Below are positions 32,538 to 34,744 of a DNA stretch of 34,744 bases, one piece after another (positions within the stretch are counted from its first letter, which is position 1; each line of letters opens with the position of its first letter). Location of the stretch: positions 176,168 through 210,911 of the forward strand of contig BLSG01000291.1 of assembly GCA_012862495.1 (NCBI GenBank). Reading direction: 5' to 3'. Below the pieces are notes generated by a model. The model was not told the origin of the DNA. It ran no database searches and saw only the letters and a list, made by a program, of their open reading frames with translations. Position numbers and translations under genes: made by a program. The DNA is from Thraustochytrium aureum (taxonomy: Eukaryota).

Positions 32538-34051
32538 TCAAGTGCTCGGTCCAAGTCGAATTCCTGTGACGTCCTCCACGACCTTGTTCGACTTGGCGAA
32601 AAAGGCAGCAAGAGCTCTGCGCGTTTCGGGCGAGGGCACCCCAGCTCGCGCCCTCTTCGAGCCCGTCGTGTGGCTATTGTGGCCCTGTCTCCGAACCACC
32701 TCCTCCAAGTAAGTTGCATTGAAGGGCTCGAGCCCCAAAAAGTCGGTCACGCGGCGAAAGGCATTGTGCACATCGCTAAAAAGTTGGCTGCTGTCCAAAA
32801 AGAGGAACTGATCGCGCGGGAAGAACCGCATCCAGTGCCTCAGGTGTGTTCCGTACAAGGTCAGCAGCACGCTGTCAATATCGACGTGCCAGTACGGCTC
32901 GCGCAGGTTGGACGACCCGCAAACGTAGGAACCGAGCGGCGATCTGATGGGGTCTTCCACGCCTGGGCACTTTTCCGCAAAGGAAGCGAGGGCCACACGA
33001 ACGTAGTCGTCAAAGCGCATTTTGCGCGAGCATGCCTCAGGCGGAAGCAAGCTTGCCGCTCTGCAAGTGAGTCCTTGGTGAGTCATTACGTACCTCGAGA
33101 AGAGCCTTGCGATTGGCTCGCGAAACAGGACGATGATTTTCAGCTCGGGAGCGACCGCCCGGTACCAGAGGGGGGACCCTGCATCAGTCGCAAACTGGTT
33201 GGGGGTATAGTCGCCAACAAGCTTGTCATCCCCTCGGCGGGAAGTGAAGAGTTTAAAGTACTCTTTGATGTCGGCCAGCTGCTGCTGTGTCACTTCAAAC
33301 GGCAAAGGTGCAGGCCTGAGAGACCTAGAGCCGCTGCGACTGGGCAGGCCCTCTTGGATCCCCGCACCCCACTGGCCGCGCTCGAATTTTGCCTTGGTGC
33401 TTGCTTCTGGTCTTGGCCGGGTTGCGCTGGCTGGCTCAGCTGGTCCTCTACACCAGATCCTGCAAAGGCCAACCTGTGCAAAGTTGATTCAAAGTAGTGC
33501 ACTTCCTTCCCCGCCCGCTTCGTTCTGGAGTGCGCCACGTCAACGTGTTTGATCAGGGTGCTGTAGAGGAAGGTCGTCCCGCTCTGCGTGTTTCCAAGTA
33601 GTCCGAACCCTGGTAGTCTGCCGTTTTCCGCGCGAACAAGAGCCTCGAGTTGGTCACGCGACGTCGAGCCGTCTTCACGGCACACCTTGGTGCTTCCCAC
33701 CGCGAAGCAGAGTCCGGGGCCTTGCGGCAAGTACGCGAGCTTGCTAACCTCCGCCGCCGTCTCTCGTAGCCGCTCAAACTCGGCAGACCCTGGCGGCAGG
33801 TAAAGGTGACTCCAGTCGCCTTGCGTTTGTTTCGTCGCAGCGCCATGGGTGTCTTCGCTGCGCTTGTTCAGCTCCGCGGGGCCTAGCGCCACGAGCCCAG
33901 CGCCACGATACCTGCCAAAGCCCGTGAGAACACCATGATCTGGCTGAGACAGCCACCCCACCAGGGCCAAGACCAGGCCGGCCAGGCACGTCTTTGCCAC
34001 GATGGCCGCGTAGGCGCCCGGCGCCACACGCACTATTGATAACGCCGCCAT
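32538..34051 (-). CDS. Type II membrane sulfotransferase, heparan sulfate 3-O-/N-sulfotransferase-like; frame break between ~33290 and ~33490
   Basis: Signal anchor LAGLVLALVGWLS. 5'-PSB-like LPGFGLLGNTQSGTTFLYSTL, then KEVHYFE, DYTP, 3'-PB-like LKIIVLFREPIARLFSRY, LYGTHLRHWMRFFPRDQFLFLDS, VTDFLGL and LAAFFAKSN. Start ATG 34051 (aacATGg); alternative 34156. Confidence 0.88.
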
Positions 34052-34170
34052 GTTGTCAAGCGCGCGTGCGAGCGGCGGCGCAGGGCCTTCGACCAACCGA
34101 CGCGCCGCAGGCGAGCCTGCCTGGGTGACTGGCGACGCCTTGGGGCCGCGCGGCATCCGTCCCTTTCTTT

Positions 34171-34214
34171 ACAGATAGTCTGCCATCGCGACAGATAGTC
34201 TGCCATCACGACAG
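34171..34214. repeat. 20-bp tandem duplication upstream of the sulfotransferase
   Basis: acagatagtctgccatcgcg acagatagtctgccatcacg acag. Confidence 0.85.
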
Positions 34215-34744
34215 CCTTGCTCGCGCTCATCATCAAAGTCGATTGATTTCAATTCTTGTCTTTTTCGAGTTGATCAATCAAAGAGCGATTGTGAATCGAC
34301 AAACTCACAAGTCGGCACGATTCCATTCCATTCCATTCCTACCACCTGACCCTCCCCAGCAGCCTGAAAATACCAGGCGGAAAACACGCACAAAAAGCGA
34401 AAAAAGCCACGGTGGTTTCCCCGAGGGGCCGAACGCCAGGAACCGCGCAGAAGGAGGAACGTTCTTGGTTTGGTCCTGCCTCACGGGGAAACCTCTCGCG
34501 TGGCGCCACAGCTGCTAGAATCGCCGGGTATGTTTCGCCGAGGTGCGCATGTGTACCGACGAATTCCGGCGAGTGAGGAGGACCTATTCGCACCGTCGGG
34601 GGAAAAAAGAGGCGCGTTTCACCGATGCACGACGCAGGAACTGCAACTGCGCTGGTGTGGGACGCGGCGATTCGCGAACCTGTTCTTCACGAATGTGGAG
34701 CTCCGAGCTCTCTTGATTCATCTTGAATTGAAAGTTGTCAAGAG

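Noticed and set aside
32538..33305. Separate 255-aa sulfotransferase gene
   Set aside because: It lacks the 5'-PSB motif and an ATG start. It complements the upstream ORF as one gene.

Overview
This is a eukaryotic, GC-rich, gene-dense and intron-poor draft scaffold with ten N-gaps. Gene content and style suggest a protist, possibly a stramenopile such as a thraustochytrid (inference only). Genes in order: 3' half of a CAX Ca2+/H+ exchanger (+); a Slo/BK-family RCK channel with a non-canonical filter (-); a 4xEF-hand/coiled-coil/~20xLRR protein (+); a Nudix hydrolase (-); RNA polymerase III subunit RPC5 (+); histone stem-loop binding protein SLBP (-) with a decayed partial duplicate just upstream; a hypothetical membrane protein (-); a compound trinucleotide microsatellite; an ADF/cofilin-fold protein with an acidic Trp tail (+); eIF3m (-); mitochondrial mS38/COX24-like (+); a tandem PH protein (-); a large multipass VTT/DedA-like protein with an inserted Sin3-type PAH-like domain (-); and a heparan-sulfate-type sulfotransferase with Gln at the catalytic Lys position (-). 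At least seven single-base frame breaks occur in six genes, repairable at short base runs. They are most likely assembly errors but can be tested. No rRNA, tRNA, CRISPR array or intact mobile element was recognised. All family assignments come from recalled motifs, not database searches.
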